NCBI RefSeq assembly: GCF_036321535.1
Contig: NC_087437.1
Coordinates: 25,608,001-25,672,000 of the forward strand
Direction: 5' to 3'
DNA length: 64,000 nt
From: Camelus dromedarius
Lineage: Eukaryota
Shown here: positions 13,801 through 28,300 of the stretch, one piece after another
How positions within the stretch are numbered: the stretch's first letter is position 1
How the letters are laid out: the number at the start of each line of letters is the position of its first letter
Program-made: the position numbers and the translations under genes
The notes under the pieces: generated by a model
Databases searched by the model: none
What the model saw: the letters and a program-made list of their open reading frames with translations, nothing else
Told to the model about the DNA's origin: nothing

Positions 13801-16761
13801 GAGACTTGATTTGTTTTCCCTTAGCCCTGTGACCATGACTTTCCTAGTATGTGAGCAAGTTCATCATCTCTCTGCCAAGCTCCCCAATTAGTCCCCACAG
13901 AACAGACTTGGCACCCAAGGCAACATAGCTAGGCAGACCACAAAGTCTTCAAAATGAGAAAATTTTGGAAGCCGATAATATATTCAACTGAGCATTCTTC
14001 CTGGCAGTGTGAGAGAGCCTGATTTGGACCTTAAAAGCATAGTGGCAACAACAAATGAGCATTGGCCTGGAAAATCCACTTCCTCTTAAGTAAGACAAGA
14101 TAAGTAATGGGAAAATAAGTTTTAGGTGTTCGGAGAATCTTTCTGAATTAAAAAAAAAAAGGCCATATTTATACAAGGGCCTCTTTCATGGAATCATTCA
14201 GCTCTGCATCCCTTGTGTGTAATCCAGAGCTCTTTGCATCTCTGACTGCCTCCCAGTTACCTGAGGGTCAAGCATCCCACTGAGAGCTCGGAAAGAGAAG
14301 CCAAAAAGATTTGGAGCTGGGACGGGTGACTGTAGAGCACAGATGGCCAGTTATCGATGTAATCTGTGTATCTGGGAGGCATGTGCTGTAAGGAGGCAGC
14401 TGCTAAACCAAATGAATTAAACCACAGTTTTTAAGATGAGAGTGTAGGTTGGAAAAGGATAGAAGTTTTGAATGCATGCAGCTGTGCAGAGCTATGATTT
14501 ATGGTTAAAAATCAGGATTATGTGCACTAATTGATTGAGGATTTTCCCAAAAGCAACCCTATGGAAGGTCAGAGTGATAGTCCATTCCACTGGAGGAGGG
14601 GGGAGAGAAGAGTGTCATTTTGCAAGCTCACCTTTAACTCTCTCAGTCCATTGTTTTCCTGGTATGCTGGGATGTGTTATATTACCACTGGTGCTCTGTG
14701 CTCTTAGGATAAGATAGCAGGTCCAGGTTTAAACAAAGGTATTGGCCTGTCATTTTCCTATGGAGGGAAAGCAGGGAATACTTCTACTCCATTTATTGAT
14801 CACTTAGATGTGTGGCTTAATCTATACGGCTGGATAAATTCTGAATTTTCTATCTATCCATGATGTAACCCATAATGTTACTGGAAAATGAGCCAACATT
14901 ACTTTGTTCTGGCTATGTGAGCAGCACTGAATTCTAATTTTGTTTCTCCATCTAAGCCCCAGAATGGAAACTGCCAAGATCAATTCATTTTGATAAATCA
15001 ACTGTTTCTGATGGCCATCTATGCTGAACTACATCTGCTGTTCTTTTTTTTTTTCTAACAAAATGATTATGAATAAGCATGTTCCAACTATTACTCACAT
15101 TGTTTTACTGAACTAACGAATTGCTCTGGGAAACCTGTTATGAAGACTTTTGATCAATTACTGCATACAAACTGGTTACAAGGAAATACATCATAATTAA
15201 GCTAACAAATCTGCTGTGTTGCTGCCTCTCCTGATGAATTAATTCCTTAGAAATGGGGTGGGCACATAGGGGTACTTTGTGTTTTTCTGGTTATTGATTT
15301 TCATACTTTATAATATGATGGATTAACCGATACTGGCTCACAACTGCTCTTTGTCCAGAGTTTAATGGAGAAAAAAAATATCTTTTTGTCCTTTAAAAAA
15401 AAATCTCCTAGAAGTGTGAGAGGAATAAGCATATGGTCTTATTTTATGGTCTCCAGCAATACTACTGAGAACATTCACCTAGATCAAAACAAGGAAATGC
15501 ATTTTGGCTGTCACTACCATGTCATTACAGCCCCTCCTCAACTGCATTTATGTTGCCAACAAGAATCCTCACCAGATCAAAATGATTGGAATCAAGCCCA
15601 AGACAGCTGTGGCCTAGATAAGGGAAACCAAATGATTTCCAGTCTCCTGGATACCAAGAAAGAGAATATGTCATCGATGGCCAGTTAGTGATACTATTCT
15701 ACAGTTCAGTACTGCACATCTGAATGTGATGCTTTCTGTATAGTCCTGGACCATCGTTGTTTGTTATAGTTTAAAGAGGAAAGGATTCCATTTTCTTTAA
15801 AGCTTTTTGCTGCAAAGTTGGGGGCTCAGACACCAAATGACACAGCAAAAACTTCAGGATTCTATAAAAAGAACCAAGAATCCAACCAACTACAGTGTCC
15901 TTTATTCTAATAATTTTACTGTTCAAAAACTGAGGAGAAATTGGCATGTATACAGATTCTAGATTAGAGACTACCAATGACATATGGAATGTGACTCTGG
16001 ATGTATTAAAATTCGACCTTATATATTACATAAAAGGGGAAGATGACTACTTGAAGGGCAAGTCATCAGTCAACCCTCTCACAGGAAGTTTTGGGCACTG
16101 ATAATAAATTAACCCCTTTATAACTACTCATATTTAAAGACACTGTTAGCATTATGCTCTATGAGATGAAACTTAAAGAAATAAAAATTTTGCAGGTCAG
16201 ATATGAATGTGGACAAGATCACAGTCATTTGAATTTTATGCCCAAATAGAAGACAGTCTCCGAAACTGGGTAGTACATTTATTTCTTAGGAAGAATCCAG
16301 GTACCATCTTTCCTTGTTCCATAAAAGAAGCCAAAAGAAGTCCCTTTAATGGGCTTCCATTTTCCCTTGATCTTGTTCTTGTCTGAGGAGCCCTTCCCAG
16401 AAATCCTTGAGCCTCCTAGATCATAGAGCTTTATGTTGCTCTACACTCTTGTTCCCTTCTGTAATAAACCCTTGCTTTCTCTGAAATAGAGATGATAACA
16501 CCATGTAGGAGATAATTTGAAAAAGCATGGCATCCTTGGAAGATCAATGTTAGGAGTCAAATCCCTAGTAACTTAAAGAGTGCCCCCTAATATCTCTTAC
16601 ATCAGAGAACACATAAAATTAATTCATGTACAGGCAAGGCTATTTGAGGTCAGGCAACCAGCCTGGGGTTGCTCCAGCTGCAAACTGCCACCCTAAGGAC
16701 TGAGAGCATAAATATCTCAGGCGTACTGTAAGCTCTTGATGTGGGAGGTTTTGCCATCCAG

Positions 16762-18044
16762 CAGAGGATCTTAACCTTTGATGTGCCATGTACCCCTTTA
16801 GTATCTGGCAATGCCTACGGGTCCCTTCTCAGAATAACTTTTTTTTAACTTTTTTTATTGAGTTATAGTCATTTTACAATGTTGTGTCAAATTCCAGTGT
16901 AGAGCACAATTTTTCAGTTATACATGAAAAAAAAAATATTCATTGTCACAATTTTTTTTCATGGTGAGCTACCACAAGATCTTGTATATATTTCCTTGTG
17001 CTATACAGTATAATCTTGTTTATCTATTCTACATTTTGAAATCCCAGTCTGTCCCTTCCCACCCACCCCCTTGGCAACCACAAATTTGTATTCTATGTCT
17101 ATGAGTCTGTTTCTGTTTTGTATTTATGTTCTTTTATTTATTTTTTTTTTTAGATTCCACATATAAGCAATCTCACATGGTATTTTTCTTTCTCTTTCTG
17201 GCTTACTTCACTTAGAATGACATTCTCCAGGTCCATCCATATTGCTGCAAATGGCGTTACGTTGTCATTTTTACGGCTGAATAGTATTCCATTGTATAAA
17301 TATACCACTTCTTCTTTATCCAGTCATCCATTGATGGACATTTAGGCTGTCTCCATGTCTTAGCTATTGTGAATAGTGCTGCTATGAACATTGGGGTGCA
17401 GGTGTCATCCTGAAGTAGGGCTCCTTCTGGATATATGCCCAGGAGCGAGATTCCTGGGTCATATGGTAAGTCTATTCCTAGTCTTTTGAAGAATCTCCAT
17501 ACTGTTTTCCACAGTGGCTGCACCAAACTGCATTCCCACCAGCAGTATAGGAGGGTTCCCTTTCTTCCACAACCTCTCCAACATTTGTCATTTGTGGACT
17601 TTTGAATGATGGCCATCAGAATAACATTTTTAAGTGCATAAAATAAAATGTATAGGATTGAAAAGGAAAGTAGTTATACTGAAATACAATTCTAAAATGT
17701 TTTAAAACCAAACATATGATACAGTATATGTGCTTTTTTTTTAAGCATTATATAAGAACTAGTGGCAAGTCCAGTAGCCACCATAATTTCAAAGTGGTTA
17801 TGAGGATAAGTAATATTTCAAGATATCTGCAACAATTACATTGCGATATGAAAATATCTGTTATTTCTGTTAAAGACAAAGTCATGGGTGTTGCTAATAT
17901 GACAGTGGCTTGTGGCTTACATTCATAGCTGAAGGAAAAGCCAACTTTCAGTTACAAATAAGAAGAAATAAGCATGCAATTGTTTCAAATCCCAACTCAC
18001 AAACCTCCTGATTTTTCTATGTAGATGTCACACTGAGAATCCCG
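16762..18044 (+). mobile_element. MER119-like hAT-Charlie DNA transposon, interrupted by an L1
   Basis: cagaggatcttaacctttgatgtgccatgtaccccttt...cccttctcagaataa, resuming at ~17616 with tttttaagtgcataaaataaaat... through gagaatccc. Confidence 0.75.
16839..17615 (-). mobile_element. Young 5'-truncated lineage-specific L1 with TSD
   Basis: ORF 17257..17616 encodes the L1 ORF2 C-terminus ([19 protein letters not shown]); poly-T at 16839; TSD TCAGAATAAC at 16829-16838 and 17616-17625. Confidence 0.95.
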
Positions 18045-18119
18045 CTTTAGAAAGAGGAAGGTAGAGGAAAAAGTCGCCTCTGTTGCTCTGTATTCCTTCC
18101 TTTATCCACTTGTTCTGAA

Positions 18120-18225
18120 TCTCCTAGTCCCCTTTTCTTCACTACTTCTTCTCCGTCTCTTCCTTCCTTCCCTCTTTCCTCACCCTCTCCTCCCTTTCTC
18201 TCCCTTCACTTCATTCTCTTGTCTG
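18120..18225 (+). repeat. Pyrimidine-rich low-complexity tract
   Basis: ccttttcttc...ttccttccttccctctttcctcaccctctcctccctttctctcccttc. Confidence 0.8.
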
Positions 18226-19394
18226 ACTTTCCACAATCCCCTTCCCGATACACTGAGCACATGAGCAGGCCCACTGAGAGCGGCCTTTGAATCGGTCTGT
18301 GGATGGCAACAGCGGAGGTCTGGGCACAGAGGGAAATGCACCATGAAATGCAGCCAAGGTATGAGAGGGACAGAGTTTGCTCCAGGCCAGGCCTCTCTGT
18401 CACAAGCAAAAGAAAGAGTAGCTTCCACAGCTCAGAATAAATATGTGCAATTGTTTGCTAATTTAGTCCATACACAGCCAGTAAAGTCATCCAATCTCCA
18501 AAGCAGAATATTTTCAGACATAATTTTTATTACTTAAATATCAAGTTCTTCCTATAGAAATTAAGGTTACATTAGTTAATCCCACATTGTAATAGAAATT
18601 AGTATTAGCAAAACCCTAAAAATATTTCTGAGCAGTCAAGATTATAAGGAAACACAAGCATTTAAAATTGTTATCACATACCTCAAACACACAGCACTCA
18701 AAAATGTAACAATACTTCATATACACACTTACCACTCTCCTCCTCAAATACTCTGGAAGCATCTTATATGATTATTTTAGGGGCCACTGAATTCTCTGGT
18801 TGGTCTTCTGGGCCACAGCTGAGTAAACCAGAAGACTGTTAAATCCCTCAGTAAGTAGTTAATAAAAAATACTGAATAAATATGGAAACAATAGGAAAAC
18901 AAGAGACTCATAAATGAAACCCATTTTTAAATTGCGCCAGATAGATTAGACTTAACCAATGAGGAAAAGAATTCATTAAATGTTAAATATTTCATTTCAG
19001 TAAAGCACATGTAGCAACATTTAACATAATTTTGTGTGAAACCATCTGAACTAATTTTGCAACCAAACACTCAGCCACCTGGGTAGAAAACTGTCTGAAA
19101 AAATAATGGTAATTTATAAGAATGCCAGTTGGGGGAAAGCACTTCATACTATGCTGTGTAGCCAAAGAAAATGAGATCTATTCCAATTATTTCAATACTC
19201 TGACATGAAATTTTTTATTTGGCTTTTAATTAATCATGAAGAAGACCCAATCAGGAGGCAAGTGGAAGTATCTGTGTGAAAGTCACAGCTGAATCCACAC
19301 TCTTTTTTTTTTTTTTTTCAGATGACTCATCCCTTTCTGGACTACGCAGGTCTCCCTTCCTGTTGTCTGAAGTACAAATAAACATGATGTCTCT

Positions 19395-19570
19395 GATTCA
19401 ATTCTTGGCTCCCTGAACAAGTGTGACCTTGAGCAGTTACTTTTTTCTGAGTCCCATTTTCTTCAAATATAATATGGGCGTAATACATAGAACAAACATG
19501 AAAATCAAGATAGACAATCCATGCTGTTAGTACTGAGCCTGGCACAGAGTAAGTTCTCAATAAATAATAC
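19395..19570 (+). mobile_element. MIR remnant
   Basis: gtgtgaccttgagcagttac...gagcctggcacagagtaagttctcaataaat. Confidence 0.65.
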
Positions 19571-20609
19571 AGTGATGGTCTTCAACTGGCCCACCCAACT
19601 GAGCAGATAACATTTCAAAGTATGAGAAGGAAGCACAGTTGAATTCTGTATACTGTGGAATGTCTTTCACCTGTTTAGGAGTCTGTTTTGTTCTCCTTAC
19701 ATTTTGTGAAATAAATACCAATGGTGTGCCAATGCTGTGCCATTTTTTACACACCAAAGTTGTCAGAAGTATAACTCTAACTTCAAGTGTAAGCAGCTCA
19801 TATTGTGCCTCTATGTCATCTGCCTCGATACAACATAAAGAAAAATCACATCCACCTGGAGAGAGAACAGCCACAGCATTTGCTTCTACTAGAGAGAATA
19901 CATAAAAATTTTGTGATTTCTGTATTTTGAAATCCAAAGTATACTGACTTAGTCTGCAGATTTCCAAGGTAGTATTTTTAAAAAAATAATGCTGATATTT
20001 AAAACCAGGGAAATGATTAAAAACCCATCTCCTGTATTCAGCCCATTCAAATACAATACCTACAAAAGCTTTATGCTGTGGTAATAATCCCTTACGATTT
20101 CCTCTCTCTACATGGTCTCTTCATTTATTCATTTCCCATTAATCGTAAAATTGAAATAAAAAGAGAATGAATTTTTTAAAGTCACTTTCCATTCTGGAGC
20201 TTTGTTAATTTCTTCTAAGTGCACTTTAGTGCCGTTTAATTTGTATCCAGGGGTAGCGCACTGTTCTGCACTATTCGCTTATTCCTCCAGATAGAAGCAA
20301 TTAGCTGGGCTAGCCAAATCCTCCACCTGGCCACCGTCAGCATATGCGTAGCACCAGGAGAAAACAGGAGGCTGAGTGTTCCTGCGGGCCTATTTCCTCT
20401 GGTATTCAGAATCCCCACTTTCTCCACTGGGCCTGTGCTAGTGAAAGCATATATATATGGAACTCAGATCATCTCTGATCCTAATCCTGGCAGACAATAA
20501 ACACAGTTGTATTCCTATTCTGATATTTCAATACCAAACACATTTTTTTCTATTGAAAAACTATTGTAGTAACAAACAGAGATTCTTTAAAGTGCACTTA
20601 ACTAATTTG

Positions 20610-21447
20610 GCATTGGTTGATATTTCCGATATGTGTGTGTTTTTAATACCACCAAGCAATTTTCTGTGACACCAACTGGGTATCCTACAATTTAACTCAA
20701 TTCTAACATGATCAACCTGGAGATAGCATTAGGTTAAGGGTTCAGTCTCACAGACTTGCCCAGTCCTCCCCTACCCACCGCTTCAGATGCCAATGGCAAG
20801 TCCAGGTTGTCACCTGTGTTTCTGACCAAACAGCTATAGACCAGACATTCTCGTGACCCAATCTTCGAGTTCAATTAATTTGCTAGAGTGGCTCCCCACT
20901 CCCAGAACTCAGAGAAATATTTTACTTACTAAATTACTGGTTTATTATAAAAGGATATAACTAGGAAAATCCAGAGAGAAGAGATGCACAGGGCAAGGTA
21001 TGTGGGAAGGGGGGGGGTCAAAGCTTCCATGCTCTCTGGGAACACCACTCTCCCCGAATCTGCATGTGTTCATCAGTCAACCTAGAAACTCTCCAAACCC
21101 TGTACTTTAGGGGTTTTATGAAGACTACATTACACAGGCACAATTGATTAAATCTTTGGCCACTGGTGATTCATTTAACCTCCACTCCTCTCCCCTCCCC
21201 AAGGTCAAGCAGGTAAGACTGAAAGTTCCAACCCTCTAATTACAGGGTTGGTTCCTCTGGAAACCAGCTCCATCCTTAGGTGCTTTCCAAAAGTCACCTT
21301 ATTAACATACACTCAGATGTGGTTGAAAGGGGTTTGTTATGAATATCAAGACACCTTTATGGCTCTCATCACTTGGGCAATTCCAAGGGTTCAGGAGTTC
21401 TGTGCTAGGAATGGGGACAAAGATGAAATATATATTTCTTATATGTA
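20610..21447 (-). mobile_element. MER21-like solo LTR (ERVL)
   Basis: Reverse strand begins ataagaaatatatatttcatctttgtccccattcctagcacagaactcctgaacccttggaatt; internal acaccaactgggtatcctacaatttaactcaattct. Confidence 0.8.
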
Positions 21448-22859
21448 AGGACCTAGGAATCTGGTACCAGAGAGTAGTCATTTGTAACTAAAAAATCTGT
21501 TTGTGTCACATTCAACTGAAGCAACATTAAGCATCTTGTACAAGACCAATAATGTAAGAAAATGTGCAAGAATTTTAGATGAACAGAACACAGCACAATA
21601 TTTTTATTCTATATGAAATGCTTATAATTAAACTTGGGGTTTTATTTTTGAACAATATTTATATTTTTCTCCTTAGTTTTCACCAAGAGACATAGGGTTC
21701 AGAAGACCTCATCTTGGAGGTCTTGGCACCTTCACTTCAGAGAATGATTCTTCTTGTCTTTGGTCATGTTTCTCCTGATTTTAAAAGCTGCTCAATACCA
21801 ACCCACAGGTGATTCAGGAAAGATGCCAACCAAATTATTACACAAAAGAGCTGAAGGAAAGTTCCGAAGATCTTTAAATTAAGTAACTAAAAGTTCCAAA
21901 TTTCTTCTCCCAAAGTGAATTAACTATGTTTTTTAATTAGTTGGGAAAATCATCTGCTAAATAGCTTTACTTTACTGTGTAAACTTTAAACTGCTGTTCA
22001 CAGTTGTCATCAGGGTGCCTAGCTCAGTGTCAAGCACATAGAAGATGACATGTAAATATCTTTAGAAATAATAAGAGGCTAGTTTAGTGAGTAGGTGAAT
22101 GAATGAATGAAGACTATATTATAAGTCTTCATCCATCACTTCCAATTTAGCAGAAATGTCCTGAGAAGTGTTATTTTTAATGTTATTTTAACATTCACCA
22201 TCATCACATTTTTCCTATTCATACGGTTAAAAATCTGCAGATGCAAAACTGGACTCTACATTACTCTGCAGTTCTAAGAAGCCAGAGAACAGAGCAAATC
22301 AAGGTTTTCTAATCTCTTAACTTCTCTGGCAAATTAATAAACTATCCTGAATGATGTTCTGGATTTGAAAAGATTTTAAAACAAATTATTTTTTTTCTAT
22401 TGGCCCCTTTAAGAATCAACCTAAATCCCAGTTTTTAAATGTAAAATGTCCTTCAACCATAAAAGGACAAAAAGGGAGGAGATTAAATGATACATTCAAG
22501 GACACAGTTTTAAAGAATTAGATTGCTACATTGCCTCAGAGCAGTCTGAGAAAATGTCAATCGCTAGGCTTTTTGGTGGTATTAGCAGACTAGTAAATAT
22601 AATGTATATGTCATTTTTATTCCAGACAGGGAAAAAATGGAGGTAGTTACTAGTGAATGACAGTAAATTGTACCAGATGCCAAGTAAATTTTAACAGCCT
22701 TTTAGCTGCTCTTATCATATTCACATAGTCATTAGTATTTTAATTTTTAGGTATCTAACTCAAGGTTTCAATACAACTCCATGAAAAAAAGAAAATTTCA
22801 AAGATGTCTGTAGAATATCCTGCTCCTCAGACAAGAATCCATAGTCCAATCAAGAAATT

Positions 22860-23315
22860 GTTCTATAGCTACCCAAGTGAAATGAAAACATATCCACACA
22901 AAGACTTCTATGTGAATGTTCTTAGCAGCATTATTCACAATAACTAAAAAGTAGAAACAATTCAAACATCCATGAACTGGTAAATGGGTAAACAAAATGT
23001 GGTCCATGCAGACAATGAAATATTATTCAGCAAAAAAAGGAATGAACTACTGATAAATACTACAAAATGGATGAACCTCAAAAAACATTATGCTAAATGA
23101 AATAATCCAGGTGCAGAAGACTATTTATTATATTATTCCATTTATATGAAATGCCCAGAAAAAAATATATGGAAATAGAAAGCAGATTAACAACGGCCTG
23201 GAGCTGGGGATGGGACCAGTGATAAACTGCAAAGGGGCCTGACAGATCTACTTGGAGCAAATGAAGGGTTCTAAAATTGGATTTTGGTGATAGTTACACA
23301 GCTCTATGAATTTAT
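22860..23315 (+). mobile_element. Old L1 (L1MB/L1ME) 3' fragment
   Basis: acccaagtgaaatgaaaacatatccacacaaagac...atggatgaacctcaaaaaacattatgctaaatgaaa. Confidence 0.85.
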
Positions 23316-25097
23316 ACCCTCACTGGTTCCTCATCAATTCTCAGTTTACGTGATCTCCCAGGAGTATGCTTTTAGGTCTTAGAGTTGATGCCGTAAAGGA
23401 CTGAGGCTTTGGGGAAATCTTGGGATGGAAGAATGTATTTTGTACCTTCACCTCTCCAGAGACATAGACAATCACTTCCAAATGCCTACTGCACATTTCT
23501 ACTTGGATAACCTATTGACAGTGCAGATTCATGTACTGTATTTCATCAAATCTAAATTGCCAACAATTACAAAATCAACCATTACTTTATATATCATTAT
23601 GGAAAGAAGTCATCAATTTGCTTATGATATGCTATTCATCATAAGAATCACAGCAAACTGAGACACATTAAAATGGGGAAGGGAACACTGTGCCTTGGAC
23701 TCAGTAAACTATGGGAAGGAGGTGAAGAATTTCCTCAGCTGGACTTCAGAAAAGACGCTATTTTGAGCAGCTGGCAGAGCATGAGCAAACAAAGGCATGG
23801 ACATTTGAAAATGCCTGTGTGTTTGAGCAACTATGGTACCTGGAAAGACCAAAACTGACTCAAAGCAATCTGTTATCAAAAAGATCTGAGCAAGTAAGCA
23901 GACTTTCAACAATCATCCATAATCCCCTACCTGTGAAATGTACTCAGCAACCACATTCAAACTCTCACTGAGTGTAGTCTCATCTCAAATGAAGAGGCAC
24001 CATTCACGTCGGTCTTGAAACCACCCTCTTTTAAATCACCTAGTGAGCGGTTGCACATTTTTAAGAATTCTGTAACCTAGAAATTAGCAGATTACACTTG
24101 CTCTTTAGAATTCTAAATAAACAGAATGTATTTTTAAAACATACTCCTTTTCAAATGTGGGTTAAATGTAAAATTTAAAAATACACAAATAAGGATGAAT
24201 GTCTGGTGCTTGCAAAGATTCTTACTAACAGTACTAGGTAGGCCAAACCCCAGAATGCGTTATGGTCTGTGGGAAAATGTCAAGCATAACAAAAATCATT
24301 TAATTGGATCATACAGAGACAAGAATTAGCAAGAAATGGGCCCCTCTTCTTTACTTCACTTTGGGGAGATAGTATCACAACTAAAATAGAAAGAAAACAA
24401 AGTAAGTACACAGCTCCTAGTTGCTCCTGCCCCAGCCTGTCTTCACCTAGAAAGGGTAGAGGGAATCGAGCCCAAGAAATACGGTGAACAGTAAGAAAGT
24501 ATCAGGCCATTTACTGCAGTCACAAGCTCCATGCCCAGCCGGACTGTGCAGGAAACCCAGCTTCCCTGGGGGACTGGAAGTGTTCACAGATGTTTAGAGC
24601 AAACACAAGGAGCTTTAAAGAAACCCAGTTACCTCTAGTCAAGAAAAGCCTCCAGCTCAGTCCCTGCCACCCTCTTCGCAGGCAACTGCTGTTGCTTTCC
24701 AGTGTGTCACACCTCAGCTTCCAACTCCTCAGGCCATGCTTCAAGGCTTCTTTTGCCCTGACTACAGCTGTTCCACTTTACCTCACAAAACCACAGATGT
24801 CTACAAGGCCACCAACCTCTCTGCTCTGCACAGTTCCAGAGAATAACCTATTGGAGCAAGCATCATTTTCATGCTGCCACATAAGTACCTCACTGTCATT
24901 GATGGTGCCTTGTGATTTAATGCTTTAATAGGTTCTTAGGGATGCTGATGGAGCCATCAAAAAGCCATGACTATAGTCTAATCTAAGTATACTACACATG
25001 TACCTTTTCCCAGAACTGCCTCTCCATCTGGGACTATAATCTTACTAAAGTTCAGAAGTCTTGGCTTGACTTGGAAGCAAGCTAACCCTCAGTGAAC

Positions 25098-25328
25098 CAG
25101 TGGTTCTCAACAGGAGAGGTTTCGCCCCAAAGGGACATATTTGACAACATCTGAAGACATTTTTAGTTGTCACAGCTCAGAAGGCTAAAGAGTATACTAT
25201 TGGCATCTACTTATTGGCATAAGTAGAGTTCAGGCATGCTGCTAAACAGCCTAAAATGCACAGGACAGCCCCTGAACAAAGAACTATCCAGCCCAAAATG
25301 TCAATAATGTTAAGATTAAGAAACTCTG
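25098..25328 (+). mobile_element. MER20 hAT-Charlie element
   Basis: cagtggttctcaac...tgcacaggacagcccc...ccagcccaaaatgtcaata...aagaaactctg; terminal inverted repeats present. Confidence 0.85.
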
Positions 25329-28300
25329 AAGCAGTCTAACAAAATCTCACCAATTCAATGACTATAAACTCATTTCTTATTTGTCATGTATTCTTGGTGT
25401 ATAGAGTTACAGTACTTACAGTACCTGCCTTCAAAGACTGAACAATAATAAGAGCTAGAATATGAACCTGTTCTGCACAGCTACATGCATACATTTAAAC
25501 CATATTCAGAGATCACCAGCATCAGATAAAATAATGCGTGCCAAAAACATCGTTGAGTCTTTTTTCATTCTCAAAATATGCATAAATTATTAACAATTCA
25601 TTTAATAGTGCATGAAAGAGCAAAGTCCTGACAGTTTCTATGCATAATTTTCACTTATGAACCAGTCTTCAGACTCTTTCTCAGCCCCATTAAAGTCTTA
25701 TCTGCATTAAACATAATATCCCCTACCATAACCAGGGAGAATATATGGAGTCCCTCTTTCATATCAGCAGATTTGAGCCACACACTTGACCCTGTATGGC
25801 CAGGACATACACCATATTCTGAATCTGTCTGACACCATTATGATGCTCTCACACTGAGGTATTCATTTATGTAAGCATTTTGTTTGATGGACAAAATGCT
25901 AAGCAGAAATGACTTTAAAATGGATATGAGTGAGAGTGAAAAAGAAAGAAGACTGGGAACAGAGAAGACAGAGCCTAAAAAAAATCATCACAGCTTATGC
26001 CAGAGATGTTGGGAATAATTACTTCAGCTATGTCCTTCTCTCAGTCTCTGAAGCCCTGCCATTGTCCACAATTTGTGGCACGGTCCCGTATTACTCTTGA
26101 TCAACTTGTCAGTCTGTCAGCTAGAATTTGACATCAGACAAAACTTATACCAACTGCTACCCTTATGCCCATTGGACTTAAACCAGCTACTCTTTCCCAC
26201 ATTTTACACCCTGAACTAAATTGTGTGTGAAAATTACCTATTATTGACTTTAGTGACAGCCTTATACAAACAACTCAGGGCAGATTTCAACTGTCCACTG
26301 CCAAAATAGCCCTCTGTCCCATCTGTTGGCTGCACATATCATTAAGACTTTTATTAGCCTCCAAAATAGAGAACTCATTTTACAGGGTTAGCTAAAAATA
26401 TACAAAAGTCCTTGAAAAGCAGCTCTTACTGGTCCTGGTAACCACTGCATCTGAGCAAACGCTGCTAAAGAACCAGACTGGCAACAGATATTAAAAGATA
26501 AAAATGCCTCCAAATGATAGCACCAAACTGTAATTTCATGTCTGTAAATTCATATTTTACATTAGACAGCTAAAAGGAAATATACCCATTGTCCCTCCAA
26601 AATGGAGACTTTTTAAAAAGTAAGTCTTGAAAGAAGAATAAGAAAATTTCTACAGAAACATTTGGGAAGACATTTCTTAAAGAAACTACTCTTAAGTAAA
26701 GACATGGCATAAGAGTCACCATCAGAAGAAATCAAGAACTTCCTTAGAAATGGAAAAGTTATAAAAGGCTTAACCATTAGGGGCCCAGGGAGAAGTAATA
26801 ACCTTTTACCAGAAGAAGAGAATAAAATCATGGAAGCCTAATATGGCTTTTTACAGTTCTGCTTACAATTATGCATTAAACAATTTACCCCTTGTGGATG
26901 AGTTCCTAAAGCCTGCTGAGATGTTGCACTCAGAGAAACAAGTACATGCTGTTTTTTCTTCTGTTATGGTTTATTTTTATTAAAACAAAAAACTTACAAC
27001 AACTTTAAAAAATTCACTTTTGCTGAATTTTACCCTTTCCAAGAAGATCAACAGCATGGATGAACATTTGTCCAATGTTTGTAGTAAGTCCAACAATAAA
27101 AGACAATGGTTTATACATTCATGCCCAGTCAATGTCCTATGGGCTGGAATTCATAACATAAAGGCAGCAGATGGCATACCTAAATTTAATTTGCTATTTG
27201 AGTCATCCTTGTGTTACCCTCTGAAATGCAGACACTGAATATTTATCTAACACTGTTAGAAAACACAAGACCATGCTTTGAACAAGTTTATCCTGTAATC
27301 TGATGCTGTAATCAGTCTTGAGAATGAAAACTGTAGCCCATCCACGGAGGTACTCTCTTCAGATTAAGAGAGACTTGTCAACAGCCAATACTTCGTGTAT
27401 CAGGGATGGTATTTCATACAGTTTGGAATCACTTCTCATGGTAGTAAAGTGAGTCTCTGGTCTCATACCAGAGACCATTAAAAAGAAGAATGTGCTTTGA
27501 TTCTGCTGTTCGAATTTGAAATTAAAAGGGATATTTTTTGTGTGTTTCAGCCTTATCTCCCAATGTTCCATTAATGTGATCACTTTTCTTTGTGGGTTCT
27601 TCTCTTAAATACTGTCTTTGTCCACTAATACATATACATCAGACCAATATTCTAGACCACCACACTCTACAGTGAAAACCTTTTGAGTCTTATGTTACCG
27701 CTTGTGGCAGCTGTCAAAATAATTCCTGCTGACATCATGTTTAACATACGTGCCTCCAAGTCAGATCAATGTTGGGGAGCAGCATGCAGTGCTACAAAAT
27801 TAGGTCATTAATTGTGAAGCAAGCTCAACCCTCCTTGCATTTGGAGACCAAAAAACTCTGAAGTAAAACAAAAAACTGAACAAAGATTCTGGAATCTTCT
27901 TTTAAATCTCAATCAAGGTGTCAGTTTAGCTATTTAATTCTCAGAATTATTCAGAAGAATTTTATTATTTAAAACTATTTAAAAGTATGGTGATATAAAA
28001 ACCTAGTCCTTCAAAAGACTGTAAAACACTCCAACATTAAAATGTACACCACTCTGAAGGGTGAAAATCCAAGTGCTAACACCCATTGTACTGATCATCT
28101 TTCTGAATACTCAAATGTTAACTTTTGCAAATGATTACAGGAGAATCTGTTGTCAGCTTGCTACTCCCAAGTGTCAACCGGAGTAGTCGTCAGAGAATTT
28201 CCCTAAGAAATTACTTCATAGTAATATAATAGAAATACAGAGCGTCTCAATGACTTAGACTCTCAGAACAGAAAAAACCAATCTGGCAGTTAGAATCAGA

